In this document: in pieces, positions 1-9,366 of the stretch
Layout: every line of letters starts with the position of its first letter
Numbering within the stretch: the stretch's first letter is position 1
Source of the DNA: Anaerosoma tenue
GTDB taxonomy: Bacteria > Actinomycetota > Coriobacteriia > Anaerosomatales > Anaerosomataceae
Length of the DNA: 32,000 bases
Assembly (NCBI RefSeq): GCF_023161965.1
Contig: NZ_JALNTY010000002.1
Coordinates: 46,018-78,017 of the forward strand
Direction of reading: 5' to 3'
Position numbers and translations under genes: made by a program
The notes under the pieces: generated by a model
Told to the model about the DNA's origin: nothing
Database searches by the model: none
The model's input: only the letters and a program-made list of their open reading frames with translations

Positions 1-1
1 C

Positions 2-2701
2 GCCTCCACCGACGCCGACGGCGACCCGGTCACCTATACCGTGTACCGCCTCCAGCAGCCGGTCACGGCCACGAACATCGGAAGCGCCACCGCAGTGGCG
101 TCCTCGGTCCCCGGAACGAGTGCCACAGTGAGCGCCCACGCCGACGAGATCGCGCAGTCGTACGTGTGGTTCTACGCCGTCAGGGCCAGCGACGGCACGA
201 ACCTGTCACTCGTGTCCAAGTCGATGGCGCCCAACCTCCACGGCTACCGCCTCAGTTCCGCCACCGTGAGCTGCACGCGCTGCCACGAGGTGCACGGTGC
301 ATATCCGGCCGACTGGGACTACACCTACGTCGACCTCTGCTACTCATGCCACGGCGCAACGTCTTCGGCGGATGCCGTGGGCGCCAAGAGCTCGCTCAAC
401 GTCCAGGCCGAGTTCGGCGACTACGACGGCCAAACGCAGCCCGCATCGGTGCACCGCAGCACGAAGATGGAGACCGACCGGACCGAGTGCGACGCGTGCC
501 ACAGCGCACATCGTTCGCCGTACTACTACGACAACTCCGGCAACTACGTGGCGGCCAGCAGCTACCGGAAGATGATCCGCGTGCAGACAGGCGAGGATGC
601 CGGCGGACCGCTCTACACCTACTACAGCCTCAACACCGACACGGCCGAGAACGCCGCGTTCTGCCTCGCATGTCACGGTGCGGACGCGACACCCATCGGC
701 TACGTCGGTGATGTCGACGACTACGCGGGTACCGGGGGCGACCACAACTCCGCCGGATATGACGCGGCAGCGCACGGCCCGTCGGTCGTCTACAGCAACG
801 ACCACGGGCGCACGAACGCAAGCGAGTACCCGCAGGTGCAGTGCCTTGCGTGCCACGCCAAGCACGCTTCGGCGGCAGACAAGCTCATCGCGTACCGCGG
901 CGACGACACGGCCACCAGCCCGAGCGGCACCTATGCCGAGGCCGAGCTCTGCTTCGCATGCCACAGCAGCAGTTCGAGCGAGAACAAGGTCGCAGCGAGT
1001 TACGCGGCACCGTTCTCCTGGAACGACCGCGACGTGGAGGCCGAGTTCGGCCGGGCGTCCACCCACCCAGTGAGCTCGTCGGCCACAGGCCGGTCGCTTA
1101 CGTGCGCGAGCTGCCACAACGTGCACAACGTGACCGAAGGCGGCACGGCCGCCTGGAACGTCGCTCGCGTGAGCACACCGTCGAACACGAAGGCGACGCC
1201 GGCCGACATGACCGCGTTCTGCCTCGGATGCCACACCACCACCCCGCCCTCGGCCACGATCGCAGCCGACACGCTCGTCCCGTACAGGATCGGCTTCAGC
1301 GACCAGAGCGCGGCGCCGTACTTCCCCGGGTGGGACAAGAGCGGTTTCGGCAGCCTCGGCGTTGGCGAGACCAACCACTACACGCCAGCGACGGGCGGCC
1401 AGCCGGCGCTCTGCAAGAACTGTCACGATCCGCACGGCTCGGACTATGAGCGGCTCGTAGCGTGGAGCGCCCCCACTGGCGCGGAGAAGGTCGGCGTATG
1501 GACGCCCAACAGTGGCACGCGTGAGAACGACTCGGCCACCGCGGCTGAGCTGAGCGCCGAGGAGAGCCTCTGCTACCAGTGCCATGGGAACGGCAGCGCC
1601 TATCCACAGGCACCCGGCGCGGCCGACGTGTATACGCCAGCGAACCCGGCGAGCGGCTCGAACAACACGCACGTCATGTCCGACTACTCGGGCCGTCACA
1701 GCGACACGGAGCTGGCGGCGGACCTCGGGGGAACGAACCGGCACAGCGAGTGCGTGGACTGCCACGACCCGCATGCAGCCAAGCGGGTGGGTGGGACCGC
1801 CACCCAGGATATGCTCGACACGAGCGCTCCCGGCAGTGCGATCTATGGCGCATGGGGCGTGGTACCCGATTACTCCGACCCCCTGCGGGACGGCACATCC
1901 AACCCCGGTACCTACAACTGGACGGCGCCCGCCACATACACCGATGTCCGTCTCACAGGTGCATCGACGGATATGGAAGCGCATCTGTGCTTGAAGTGCC
2001 ACAGCGGCAACACCACGCAACCGGCGGGACAGGGTGACACCGCTCGCGAGTTCAACCCCAGCAACTTCAGCGTGCACAACGTGCTCGGCCAGAGCGTAGG
2101 TGCGCAGGAGGCGTTCACGTACGTCGCCTCCGATGCGAACACCTACACCGACACATGGGAGTTCCCGAGCATCGGGGTCTTCCAGGCCTCCTACGATCAG
2201 AACACGATGCTCACGTGCACGAGCTGTCACACCAACGAGAGCGGCAACGCCAAGGGGCCGCACGGAAGCACGGTCCAGTGGCTGCTGGATCCCGCATACC
2301 CGACCGACTGGAAGACGTCATACCTCGTCGTGAGCAAGGACGACCCAGATGGGATGAACGGCACCCCCATCTGTCAGAAGTGCCACAATCTATACGGGGC
2401 CGGCGGTGTTGTCAGCAACTCTGCTCATGGGCGGGTCTCAAGACACGGCGGCTCCACCAACCCGTGCATCTCGTGTCACATCAAGGTGCCGCACGGATGG
2501 AAACGCCCACGACTTCTCGGCTACCAGAGTGACGACCCTGCGTACGCAGCGACCGAACTCAACGAGATCAGAGCGAACATCAGTCACACGAGAGATGCCA
2601 ACGGCAGTGTCGGGTGGGCGTCGGGCGACTGCAGCACCGACTATCTGGGCGCCTCGGGCTGTGGAGGTTCGACCCACAGCGATATCGCGGTCTCATGGTG
2701 A
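2..2701 (+). CDS. Multihaem c-type cytochrome, 5'-truncated by the window edge (15 CxxCH sites visible)
   Basis: The frame of ORF 41..2701 stays open back to nt 2 (ASTDADGDPVTYT...), so the gene begins upstream of the window. The translation has 15 CxxCH motifs (CTRCH, CYSCH, CDACH, CLACH x2, CFACH, CASCH, CLGCH, CKNCH, CYQCH, CVDCH, CLKCH, CTSCH, CQKCH, CISCH). The first 12 alternate CxxCHxxH with CxxCH(G/S/T). Stop TGA at 2699-2701. Confidence 0.9.
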   Translation, partial: ASTDADGDPVTYTVYRLQQPVTATNIGSATAVASSVPGTSATVSAHADEIAQSYVWFYAVRASDGTNLSLVSKSMAPNLHGYRLSSATVSCTRCHEVHGAYPADWDYTYVDLCYSCHGATSSADAVGAKSSLNVQAEFGDYDGQTQPASVHRSTKMETDRTECDACHSAHRSPYYYDNSGNYVAASSYRKMIRVQTGEDAGGPLYTYYSLNTDTAENAAFCLACHGADATPIGYVGDVDDYAGTGGDHNSAGYDAAAHGPSVVYSNDHGRTNASEYPQVQCLACHAKHASAADKLIAYRGDDTATSPSGTYAEAELCFACHSSSSSENKVAASYAAPFSWNDRDVEAEFGRASTHPVSSSATGRSLTCASCHNVHNVTEGGTAAWNVARVSTPSNTKATPADMTAFCLGCHTTTPPSATIAADTLVPYRIGFSDQSAAPYFPGWDKSGFGSLGVGETNHYTPATGGQPALCKNCHDPHGSDYERLVAWSAPTGAEKVGVWTPNSGTRENDSATAAELSAEESLCYQCHGNGSAYPQAPGAADVYTPANPASGSNNTHVMSDYSGRHSDTELAADLGGTNRHSECVDCHDPHAAKRVGGTATQDMLDTSAPGSAIYGAWGVVPDYSDPLRDGTSNPGTYNWTAPATYTDVRLTGASTDMEAHLCLKCHSGNTTQPAGQGDTAREFNPSNFSVHNVLGQSVGAQEAFTYVASDANTYTDTWEFPSIGVFQASYDQNTMLTCTSCHTNESGNAKGPHGSTVQWLLDPAYPTDWKTSYLVVSKDDPDGMNGTPICQKCHNLYGAGGVVSNSAHGRVSRHGGSTNPCISCHIKVPHGWKRPRLLGYQSDDPAYAATELNEIRANISHTRDANGSVGWASGDCSTDYLGASGCGGSTHSDIAVSW

Positions 2702-2854
2702 ATGCGCGGAGCCTCCCGGGGAACCAAGCGGGCACTCGTCGATGAGGCGCTGAACCGGGAGACCAGCTGACGTGTTGACGCTCTGACTCGGCAAGGTTTT
2801 CGCAAGATGTGGGTAAGGTTGTTACGCTACCATCGCTGCGACGGAAAGGATGCG

Positions 2855-4069
2855 ATGCGCGCTCGCTCGGCACGACGTATGGTACGCGGTGGGGTCATCC
2901 TCATCGCGGTTGCCGCACTCCTCGCATCCCCGGCCTTCGCGGCTCCCTCTGCCTCGACCACCACCACCCCGGCCCCCGACCCGCCCGCCGCACCATCAGT
3001 ACCGACCACTGGCAGCCCCATACCCGAGCCCACCGACCAGATGACCGCCGAGTTCCGCGCACGACTCGCGGCAAAGCAGGCCGAACTCGACGAGCTTGAG
3101 GCGCAGCTCGACGAACTCGACCGCGAGCTGGCCATCGCGGCTGAGGCGTACAACAAGGCGATGCTCGATCTCGAGGCCACCACTAAGCGGCTCGAGACCA
3201 CCAGGGCCGATCTTGCCAACGCCGAGCTCGCATACGAGCTGCAACAGGACACGCTCTCCGACCGCGCACGCGACATCTACCGCGGCGGCGAGCTGTCTAC
3301 TCTCGACGTGCTGCTCGGCTCCAAGTCGATCTCCGACTTCATGGCGCGCATCCGATTCCTCCGCGCGATGGGCGAGAACGACGCCTCGATAGTGGCGGCG
3401 CTCGCCGCCCAGCGCGACATGATCGCAGTGGCCCAGCACGCGGCCGAGGAGGACGAACTGCGCGCCCGCTCACTCGAGTTCGAGATGCAGGCCCGTCAGA
3501 TCGAGGTCATGCTGCGCATCCAGGAACGAGAGGCCCTGCTTGCCAGCACGCAGACCGAACTGCTCGAGCTGCTCGACGACCTGGCGGAAGTGCGCCAGAT
3601 GGCCGAGGCCGAGTTGTTGCGGGACGTGTTGTCCGGAGCGAACAAGGCCGGTATCGTCGTCGAGCCGGGGTCGCCGGTGGAGACCGCGCTCGCGTATCAC
3701 GGGGTGCCCTACCTCTGGGGCGGTGAATCCCCTCGTGGCTTCGACTGCTCCGGACTGCTCCTCTACGTGATGCGGCAGCATGGCGTGAACCTCCCGCACT
3801 ACTCCGGCTCGCAGTTCCAGCTTGGCGAGAAGGTAGCGCCGTCGGCGCTCCAGCCCGGCGACGCGGTCTTCTTCGGCTCGCCGGTCTACCACGTGGGTAT
3901 GTACGTGGGTGCGGGCTACTTCATCCACGCGCCCCGTACCGGCGATTTCGTCAAGCTCTCGCGGCTTGCCGATCGCAAAGACTACGCGGGCGCACGGCGG
4001 TATGATTGGGAGTACCGAACCTCGCCGGTCACCGGCGCGGTATCGGACCCGGCGGAGGCCGTCCGGTAG
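2855..4069 (+). CDS. Secreted NlpC/P60 (C40) peptidoglycan endopeptidase with a long N-terminal coiled coil
   Basis: ATG at 2855 is preceded by GGAAAGGA (2843-2850). Signal peptide MRARSARRMVRGGVILIAVAALLASPAFA. About 250 aa are heptad-like and Ala/Glu/Leu-rich. The C-terminus has the NlpC/P60 signature GVPYLWGGESPRGFDCSGLL ... YHVGMYVG ... IHAPRTG. The ORF-track start at 2807 looks like an upstream extension. Confidence 0.9.
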   Translation: MRARSARRMVRGGVILIAVAALLASPAFAAPSASTTTTPAPDPPAAPSVPTTGSPIPEPTDQMTAEFRARLAAKQAELDELEAQLDELDRELAIAAEAYNKAMLDLEATTKRLETTRADLANAELAYELQQDTLSDRARDIYRGGELSTLDVLLGSKSISDFMARIRFLRAMGENDASIVAALAAQRDMIAVAQHAAEEDELRARSLEFEMQARQIEVMLRIQEREALLASTQTELLELLDDLAEVRQMAEAELLRDVLSGANKAGIVVEPGSPVETALAYHGVPYLWGGESPRGFDCSGLLLYVMRQHGVNLPHYSGSQFQLGEKVAPSALQPGDAVFFGSPVYHVGMYVGAGYFIHAPRTGDFVKLSRLADRKDYAGARRYDWEYRTSPVTGAVSDPAEAVR

Positions 4070-4112
4070 CGTCCTCGCCGCTGTGCCGCTGACGACAGGG
4101 CTCGGAGGACGC

Positions 4113-5555
4113 ATGAAGGATCTGATCGCAACAGCCCTCGAAGCTGCCAACGCGGCCGGCGCCACGTATGCGGACGCTCGAGTGGTTGAGACGCGCCACG
4201 AACGACTCTCCGTGCGCACCGGCCGGGTGGACGGCGTCGAGTCGGGCGAATCGCTCGGCATCGGCATTCGGGCGATCGCGGACGGCGCCTGGGGATTCGC
4301 TGCGACCTCGGACCTTTCCACCAACGGCGTCACCTCAGCGGCACGCGAGGCCGTGGCGCTCGCGCAGGCGGCGGCCACGACTGCCCGGCGCCCGGTGGCC
4401 CTGGCGCCGGTGGACGCGTACACCGACACCTGGACCGGACCGTGCGTGACCGACCCCTTCACCGTGTCGCTCGACGACAAACTCGCGCTGCTGCTGTTGG
4501 CGGACGATGTCCTCCGCGCCGAGGCCGCAGTGCGTGTGACCAGCACGAGCATGAACTTCCTCGCGGTGCGTAAGGTATTCGGCTCCACTGAGGGGTCGCT
4601 GATCGAGCAATCCTACGTGGAGTCGCAGGCCGGGCTCACAGCGTTCGCGATCGGCGACGGAGAGATGCTCCCGCGCTCGTATCCCAACAACCTCGGCGGA
4701 CAGGCCGTGCAGGGTGGATGGGAGGCTATCCTGGCGCTCGACCTGCCGGGTCACGCCCCACGCGTAGCCGAGGAGGCGACCGCCCTCCTGAGCGCGGCCC
4801 CATGTCCGGCGCGGGAGACGACGCTGATCATCGACGCTTCACAGGTGGCGCTCCAGATCCACGAGTCGATCGGGCATCCCACGGAGCTCGACCGCATCCT
4901 CGGCGATGAGGCGGCCTTCGCGGGCACGTCGTGGGTGGGCATCCCCGATCTCGGCACGCTCCGCTACGGCTCGGAGCAGGTGACCGTGACCTCTGACGCC
5001 ACGATTCCCGGGTCGATAGGTTCGTTCGGGTACGACGACGAGGGCGTGCCAGCACAGCGGGATCACCTGATCACCAACGGGGTGCTCACCGGATTCCAGA
5101 CGTCGCGAGAGTCGGCTCTGGCGATCGACCGCACCTCGAACGGGTGCATGCGTGCCGACGGATGGCAGCGTCAACCGCTGATCCGGATGACCACCGTAAG
5201 CCTGGAGCCGGGCGAATGGGCGCTCGACGACCTGATCGCTGACACAGACGACGGCTTCTACTTCGAGACGAACAACTCCTGGTCGATCGATGACCGCCGC
5301 CTGAACTTCCAGTTCGGGTGCGAGATCGGCTGGGAGATCAAGAACGGCACACTCGGCCGTATGGTGAAGAACCCCAACTACACAGGGATCACCCCGGAGT
5401 TCTGGGGCTCGTGTGACGCGGTCTGCAACCGCGACCACTGGCAGGTGTGGGGGATCCCCAACTGCGGCAAAGGCGAGCCGATGCAGGTGGCGCATGTGGC
5501 GCACGGAGCGGCTCCCGCAAGATTCAGGAACGTCCGCGTGGGGGTGGCCCGATGA
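4113..5555 (+). CDS. tldD: TldD-family metalloprotease
   Basis: ATG at 4113 follows GGAGGA (4104-4109). N-terminus MKDLIATALEAANAAGATYADARV... The HExxxH zinc motif is present (IHESIGHPTELD). The ORF-track start at 3909 overlaps the upstream gene and is unlikely. Confidence 0.9.
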   Translation: MKDLIATALEAANAAGATYADARVVETRHERLSVRTGRVDGVESGESLGIGIRAIADGAWGFAATSDLSTNGVTSAAREAVALAQAAATTARRPVALAPVDAYTDTWTGPCVTDPFTVSLDDKLALLLLADDVLRAEAAVRVTSTSMNFLAVRKVFGSTEGSLIEQSYVESQAGLTAFAIGDGEMLPRSYPNNLGGQAVQGGWEAILALDLPGHAPRVAEEATALLSAAPCPARETTLIIDASQVALQIHESIGHPTELDRILGDEAAFAGTSWVGIPDLGTLRYGSEQVTVTSDATIPGSIGSFGYDDEGVPAQRDHLITNGVLTGFQTSRESALAIDRTSNGCMRADGWQRQPLIRMTTVSLEPGEWALDDLIADTDDGFYFETNNSWSIDDRRLNFQFGCEIGWEIKNGTLGRMVKNPNYTGITPEFWGSCDAVCNRDHWQVWGIPNCGKGEPMQVAHVAHGAAPARFRNVRVGVAR

Positions 5556-6892
5556 GACGCTCGCTCGAGGAGATACGCACCATCGCCAATCGCGCCGCGC
5601 ACATGACCCGGGCCGACAGCGCCGAGGCGGTGGTCATCTCGAGCATCTCGGCGCTCACGCGCTTCGCCGGCAACCGCATCCACCAGAACGTGACCGAGAC
5701 CGACTCGCAGCTGTCGATCCGTGCCGTTCTCGGGACACGCACCGGCGTGGCAAGCACCAACCGGCTGGACAACGAAGCGGTAGCGCGCTGCGCTTCGGCC
5801 GCCGTTGATGCCGCACGGCACGCCCCGAAGGACCCTGACTTCCCCGGGCTCCCCAAGCCCGCTCCGCTCTCGATCCCCTCCCGGAGCCTGTCGCTCCTCT
5901 CGATGTACGACGCCGCGGGACGCGCTCGCGCTGCCGCAGAGATCATCCAGCAGTCCGACGCGCGAGGGCTCGTGGCCGCAGGCACCGTTTCGGTCAACGA
6001 CTACGCGGTGGCCATAGCCAACACGCACGACGTTGACGCGTCGATGCAGACCGACGAGCTCCGGGCGACCGTTCTGGCCATGGGCGAGGGCGGAGCGAGC
6101 GGATGGGGGTCGTTCCTCGGCCGTGACGCAGGAACGTTCCTGCCGGCACAACTGGGGAGCAGCGCGGCAACGCTGGCCGAGCGCTCGGCGGGCGCCGGCG
6201 ACCTTGAGCCCGGCACGTACACCGTGGTGCTGGCACCGGAAGCGGTCGCCGACATCCTCGACTTCCTCGGCTATCTTGGTTTTGGCGCGAAGGCCTTTGC
6301 CGAGGGGAGCTCCTTCCTCGTCAACGCGCTGGGGACGCGCGTGGCAGACACGTGCGTGAGCATCTACGACGATGCCCTGTCGCCCGCAACGATCGGCATA
6401 TCGTTCGACTACGAGGGCCAACCGCGCCGCAGGACTCCGCTGATCGAGGGCGGTGTGGCGATCGGACCGGTGACCGACTCGTACTTCGCCGCCAAGCTCG
6501 ACCGGCCGGACACCGGGCATGCGCTTCCCGCGCCCAACCCGTACGGACCGCTTCCGCTGAACATCGAGATGCAGGCCGGAGACGCGACACTGGACGAGAT
6601 GATCGGCTCGGTGGAACGGGGCGTCTACGTAACGCGCTTCCACTACGTGAACGTCGAAGACCCGATGAAGGTCGTGCTCACCGGGATGACTCGCGATGGC
6701 ACGTTCCTCATAGAGAACGGACGCCTTTCGACCCCGGTCCGCAACCTGCGATTCACTCAGAGCGTGCTCTCCGCGCTCTCCGATGTCCGCGCCATCGGCT
6801 CGAAGCGGCAACTCTGTGGAGGCGAGGGTGGCGCTGCGCTCGCGCCGGCTCTGCTCATCGGCCACTGGGCGTTCACCGGACAGACCGGCTGA
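5552..6892 (+). CDS. pmbA: PmbA/TldE-family protein (TldD partner)
   Basis: ATG at 5552 overlaps the tldD stop (ATGA at 5552-5555). The protein is TldD/PmbA-like throughout but lacks HExxxH, as expected for PmbA. Confidence 0.88.
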   Translation: MRRSLEEIRTIANRAAHMTRADSAEAVVISSISALTRFAGNRIHQNVTETDSQLSIRAVLGTRTGVASTNRLDNEAVARCASAAVDAARHAPKDPDFPGLPKPAPLSIPSRSLSLLSMYDAAGRARAAAEIIQQSDARGLVAAGTVSVNDYAVAIANTHDVDASMQTDELRATVLAMGEGGASGWGSFLGRDAGTFLPAQLGSSAATLAERSAGAGDLEPGTYTVVLAPEAVADILDFLGYLGFGAKAFAEGSSFLVNALGTRVADTCVSIYDDALSPATIGISFDYEGQPRRRTPLIEGGVAIGPVTDSYFAAKLDRPDTGHALPAPNPYGPLPLNIEMQAGDATLDEMIGSVERGVYVTRFHYVNVEDPMKVVLTGMTRDGTFLIENGRLSTPVRNLRFTQSVLSALSDVRAIGSKRQLCGGEGGAALAPALLIGHWAFTGQTG

Positions 6893-6921
6893 AGCGGTCG
6901 CCATGCCCGTGCGAAACGCCG

Positions 6922-6959
6922 TCCGGCCCACAGCGGAGGGGCGCCGCTGTTGGGCCGGA
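6922..6959 (+). terminator. Hairpin downstream of pmbA (candidate terminator)
   Basis: tccggcccacagcgg / ccgctgt(t)gggccgga forms a 15-bp GC-rich stem with a 1-nt bulge and a 7-nt loop, 30 nt after the pmbA stop. There is no U-tract. Confidence 0.45.
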
Positions 6960-7106
6960 TCGGATGTCAGGTGCCTGGTTGTTGTCCTGACACCTCAGTA
7001 ATCGGCTTACGCGGGTCTTCGCTTTAGGGATGGCGGCCGGTGCCCGACGAGCGTGCAACGCTCCCGACGAGCGGCTCGAAACGCATCCCGAGCGGCACAC
7101 GGCTCG

Positions 7107-7748
7107 TCAGAGACCCTCGGCCGTCTCCTGCCGGGCGATCATGTCCTTCACCTTCATCAGGCGGGTCAGGTTGCTCCGCTCCGCCTCGTCGAGCTTCATG
7201 GTGATGCTGCGCACCGTCTCGTCTATGGACGGTATCAGCACGTATTCGAGCGCGTTCACACGTCGGCGGGTGCGCTCGATCTCCGCGGCCAGCAGTTCGA
7301 TTGCCTTCTCGCGTTCCGCGAGCTCGAGAAGCCGCGGCGCCACCTCGGCCAGCCGTGAAAGCCCTGCGTCGAGGACGGCCGGGGTGGTCGCCAGGGAATA
7401 CCCGCCAGGCTCGGGGAGATCGTCAAGAGTGAAGACGGGGACCGAGACGCTCATGAGGCTTCGCTCATCCACCGAGAGCAGGGGCCCTGGCTCGCCGGCC
7501 ATCAGCGCGGTCTCAAGCGAGCCCTGCCCCGCTTCCGCCCGTGCCATCGCGAACTGCGCATACGCCGCGAGAAGGTCGCGCTCCACCTCGGCGCGCAGCC
7601 GCCGGTTCGCGCCGATCCTGCCCTGGAACTCCTTCATGAGCTCGTCGAGCTTGTCCTTCAGGAGCTTGTGTCCCCGACGGGCCACCGCTCCTCTGCGTCG
7701 CAGCTTGAGGAGCTCCATGCGGTTCGGGTTGGCGCGGATCTGCGGCAT
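7107..7748 (-). CDS. atpD: V/A-type ATP synthase subunit D
   Basis: MPQIRANPNRMELLKLRRRGAVARRGHKLLKDKLDELMKEF... is the typical subunit D N-terminus. It is the last gene of the operon. Confidence 0.93.
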   Translation of the reverse strand: MPQIRANPNRMELLKLRRRGAVARRGHKLLKDKLDELMKEFQGRIGANRRLRAEVERDLLAAYAQFAMARAEAGQGSLETALMAGEPGPLLSVDERSLMSVSVPVFTLDDLPEPGGYSLATTPAVLDAGLSRLAEVAPRLLELAEREKAIELLAAEIERTRRRVNALEYVLIPSIDETVRSITMKLDEAERSNLTRLMKVKDMIARQETAEGL

Positions 7749-7750
7749 CG

Positions 7751-7954
7751 CTATCCCCTCGCCAACGACCAGATGATGAGGGCGGTCCCGGCAAGCAGGA
7801 GCACGATGTTGGCCCCGCGCAACACCTTGATCGCCCCCGGCACCGAGCCGGCGGTCCGCTTCGTCCAGCGCAGCATGTACACCTGGTATCCGATGAGCCC
7901 TGCCATCGCCACCAGGAGCGCTGCGGTGAGAACGCTGCCCGTCGTCACGCTCAC
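7751..7954 (-). CDS. Small two-TM membrane protein embedded between atpB and atpD
   Basis: 67 codons. The GTG start overlaps the atpB stop (GTGA, 7954-7951) and the stop lies 2 nt before the atpD ATG. There are two hydrophobic helices ([22 protein letters not shown] and [18 protein letters not shown]) separated by a basic loop. I recognise no family. Confidence 0.6.
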   Translation of the reverse strand: MSVTTGSVLTAALLVAMAGLIGYQVYMLRWTKRTAGSVPGAIKVLRGANIVLLLAGTALIIWSLARG

Positions 7955-9366
7955 GCCTCGTCCGGCTCCTTCAGGTACCGCTCCACGTACTCGTCCTTGA
8001 TGCGCTTCAGCTCGCTCCTGGGCAACAGCGCCATGAGCTCCCAGCCGATCTCCAGCGTGCGCTCCACCGAGCGCTCTTCGTGGGCGTCCTGGCGGATGAA
8101 TCCGCCCTCGAAAGCGTCGGCGAACGCGACGAACGCCTTATCGGTGTCAGATAGAGCCGCATCGCCGAGTATGACCGCGAGCTCCTTGGCCTGCACTCCA
8201 CGCGCGTACGCGCCGAAGAGCTGGTTGGAGAGGTCCGCGTGGTCTTCTCGTGTCTTGCCCGGACCGATGCCTTTCTGCTTCAGGCGCGACAGGCTCGGCA
8301 ACACCGCGATCGGCGGGTAGATGTTCGATCGGTGAAGGTTCCGGTCGAGGATGATCTGCCCCTCGGTGATGTAGCCGGTGAGGTCCGGGATCGGGTGCGT
8401 CTTGTCGTCGTCGGGCATCGAGAGGATCGGCACCTGCGTGATCGACCCCTTCGCGCCCTGGATGCGACCCGCGCGCTCGTAGATGGTGGCCAGGTCGGTG
8501 TACAGGTAGCCCGGATAACCACGGCGCCCCGGCACCTCTTTGCGGGCTGCCGACACCTCGCGCAACGCCTCGCAGTAGTAGGTCATGTCGGTGAGGATGA
8601 CGAGCACGTGCATGTCGCACGTGTACGCGAGGTACTCGGCGCAGGTGAGCGCCATCCGCGGCGTGTTGATGCGCTCCACCGCCGGATCGTCGGCGAGGTT
8701 GAGGAAGAGCACGGCCCGCTCGATCGCAGCCGTGTTGCGGAACTCGGTCATGAAGAAGTCGGCGTCGGCGAACGTGATGCCCATGGCGGCGAAGACCACC
8801 GCGAACTCGCCTTCGAGCTTCTCCCCCACCTTCGTGGGATCGTCGCTCCGGTTGAGCACCGCCGCCTGTCGCGCGATCTGCGCCGCAAGCTCGTTGTGCG
8901 GCAGGCCGGCGCCCGAGAAGATCGGCAGCTTCTGGCCGCGCACCAGCGGGTTCAGCCCGTCGATCGCCGAGATACCCGTCTGGATGAAGTCGTCGGGGAA
9001 GTCGCGCGCTGTGGGATTGATCGGCTCGCCGTGCATCGGACGCCGCTCATCGGGGATGATCTCCGGGCCGCCGTCGCGCGGACGTCCCAGCCCGTCGAAC
9101 ACCCTCCCCAGCATGTCCCGGCTCACACCCAGCTCGAGCGCCCGACCGAGGAACCGCACCTTGGTCTGCGCGGGGTTCGCGCCGCTCGTGCCGGCGAACG
9201 CCTGCACGAGCGCCGTATCGCCATCAACCTCGAGCACGTTGCCGAGCGAACGGGTCCCGTTAGGGTACTCGAGCTCGACAAGCTCGTTGTAGGTGACGTC
9301 GATGACCCGCTCGACCAGCAGCAGCGGCCCCACGATGTCCCGTGTAGTGGTGTATTCGCGCGCCAT
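7951..9366 (-). CDS. atpB: V/A-type ATP synthase subunit B
   Basis: 471 aa. [19 protein letters not shown]..., ...[22 protein letters not shown]..., typical of the non-catalytic B subunit. The start abuts the atpA stop. Confidence 0.95.
   Translation of the reverse strand: MAREYTTTRDIVGPLLLVERVIDVTYNELVELEYPNGTRSLGNVLEVDGDTALVQAFAGTSGANPAQTKVRFLGRALELGVSRDMLGRVFDGLGRPRDGGPEIIPDERRPMHGEPINPTARDFPDDFIQTGISAIDGLNPLVRGQKLPIFSGAGLPHNELAAQIARQAAVLNRSDDPTKVGEKLEGEFAVVFAAMGITFADADFFMTEFRNTAAIERAVLFLNLADDPAVERINTPRMALTCAEYLAYTCDMHVLVILTDMTYYCEALREVSAARKEVPGRRGYPGYLYTDLATIYERAGRIQGAKGSITQVPILSMPDDDKTHPIPDLTGYITEGQIILDRNLHRSNIYPPIAVLPSLSRLKQKGIGPGKTREDHADLSNQLFGAYARGVQAKELAVILGDAALSDTDKAFVAFADAFEGGFIRQDAHEERSVERTLEIGWELMALLPRSELKRIKDEYVERYLKEPDEA

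Noticed and set aside
2702-2854. Possible ydaO-type (c-di-AMP) riboswitch upstream of the NlpC/P60 gene, as is common in Actinobacteria
   Set aside because: There are fragments reminiscent of the consensus (CGGGGAACCA, GAACCGGGAGACCAGCTGAC). However, I cannot find the P1 pairing, the GGGGUGAAUC-like element, or the full pseudo-symmetric layout, and the region is short (~150 nt). This needs a cmsearch against RF00379, and I do not call it.
7043-7073. Direct repeat cccgacgagcg x2 and small hairpins downstream of atpD, as a terminator or repeat element
   Set aside because: It comprises only an 11-nt repeat and 5-7-bp stems in several competing arrangements. There is no single convincing terminator structure.
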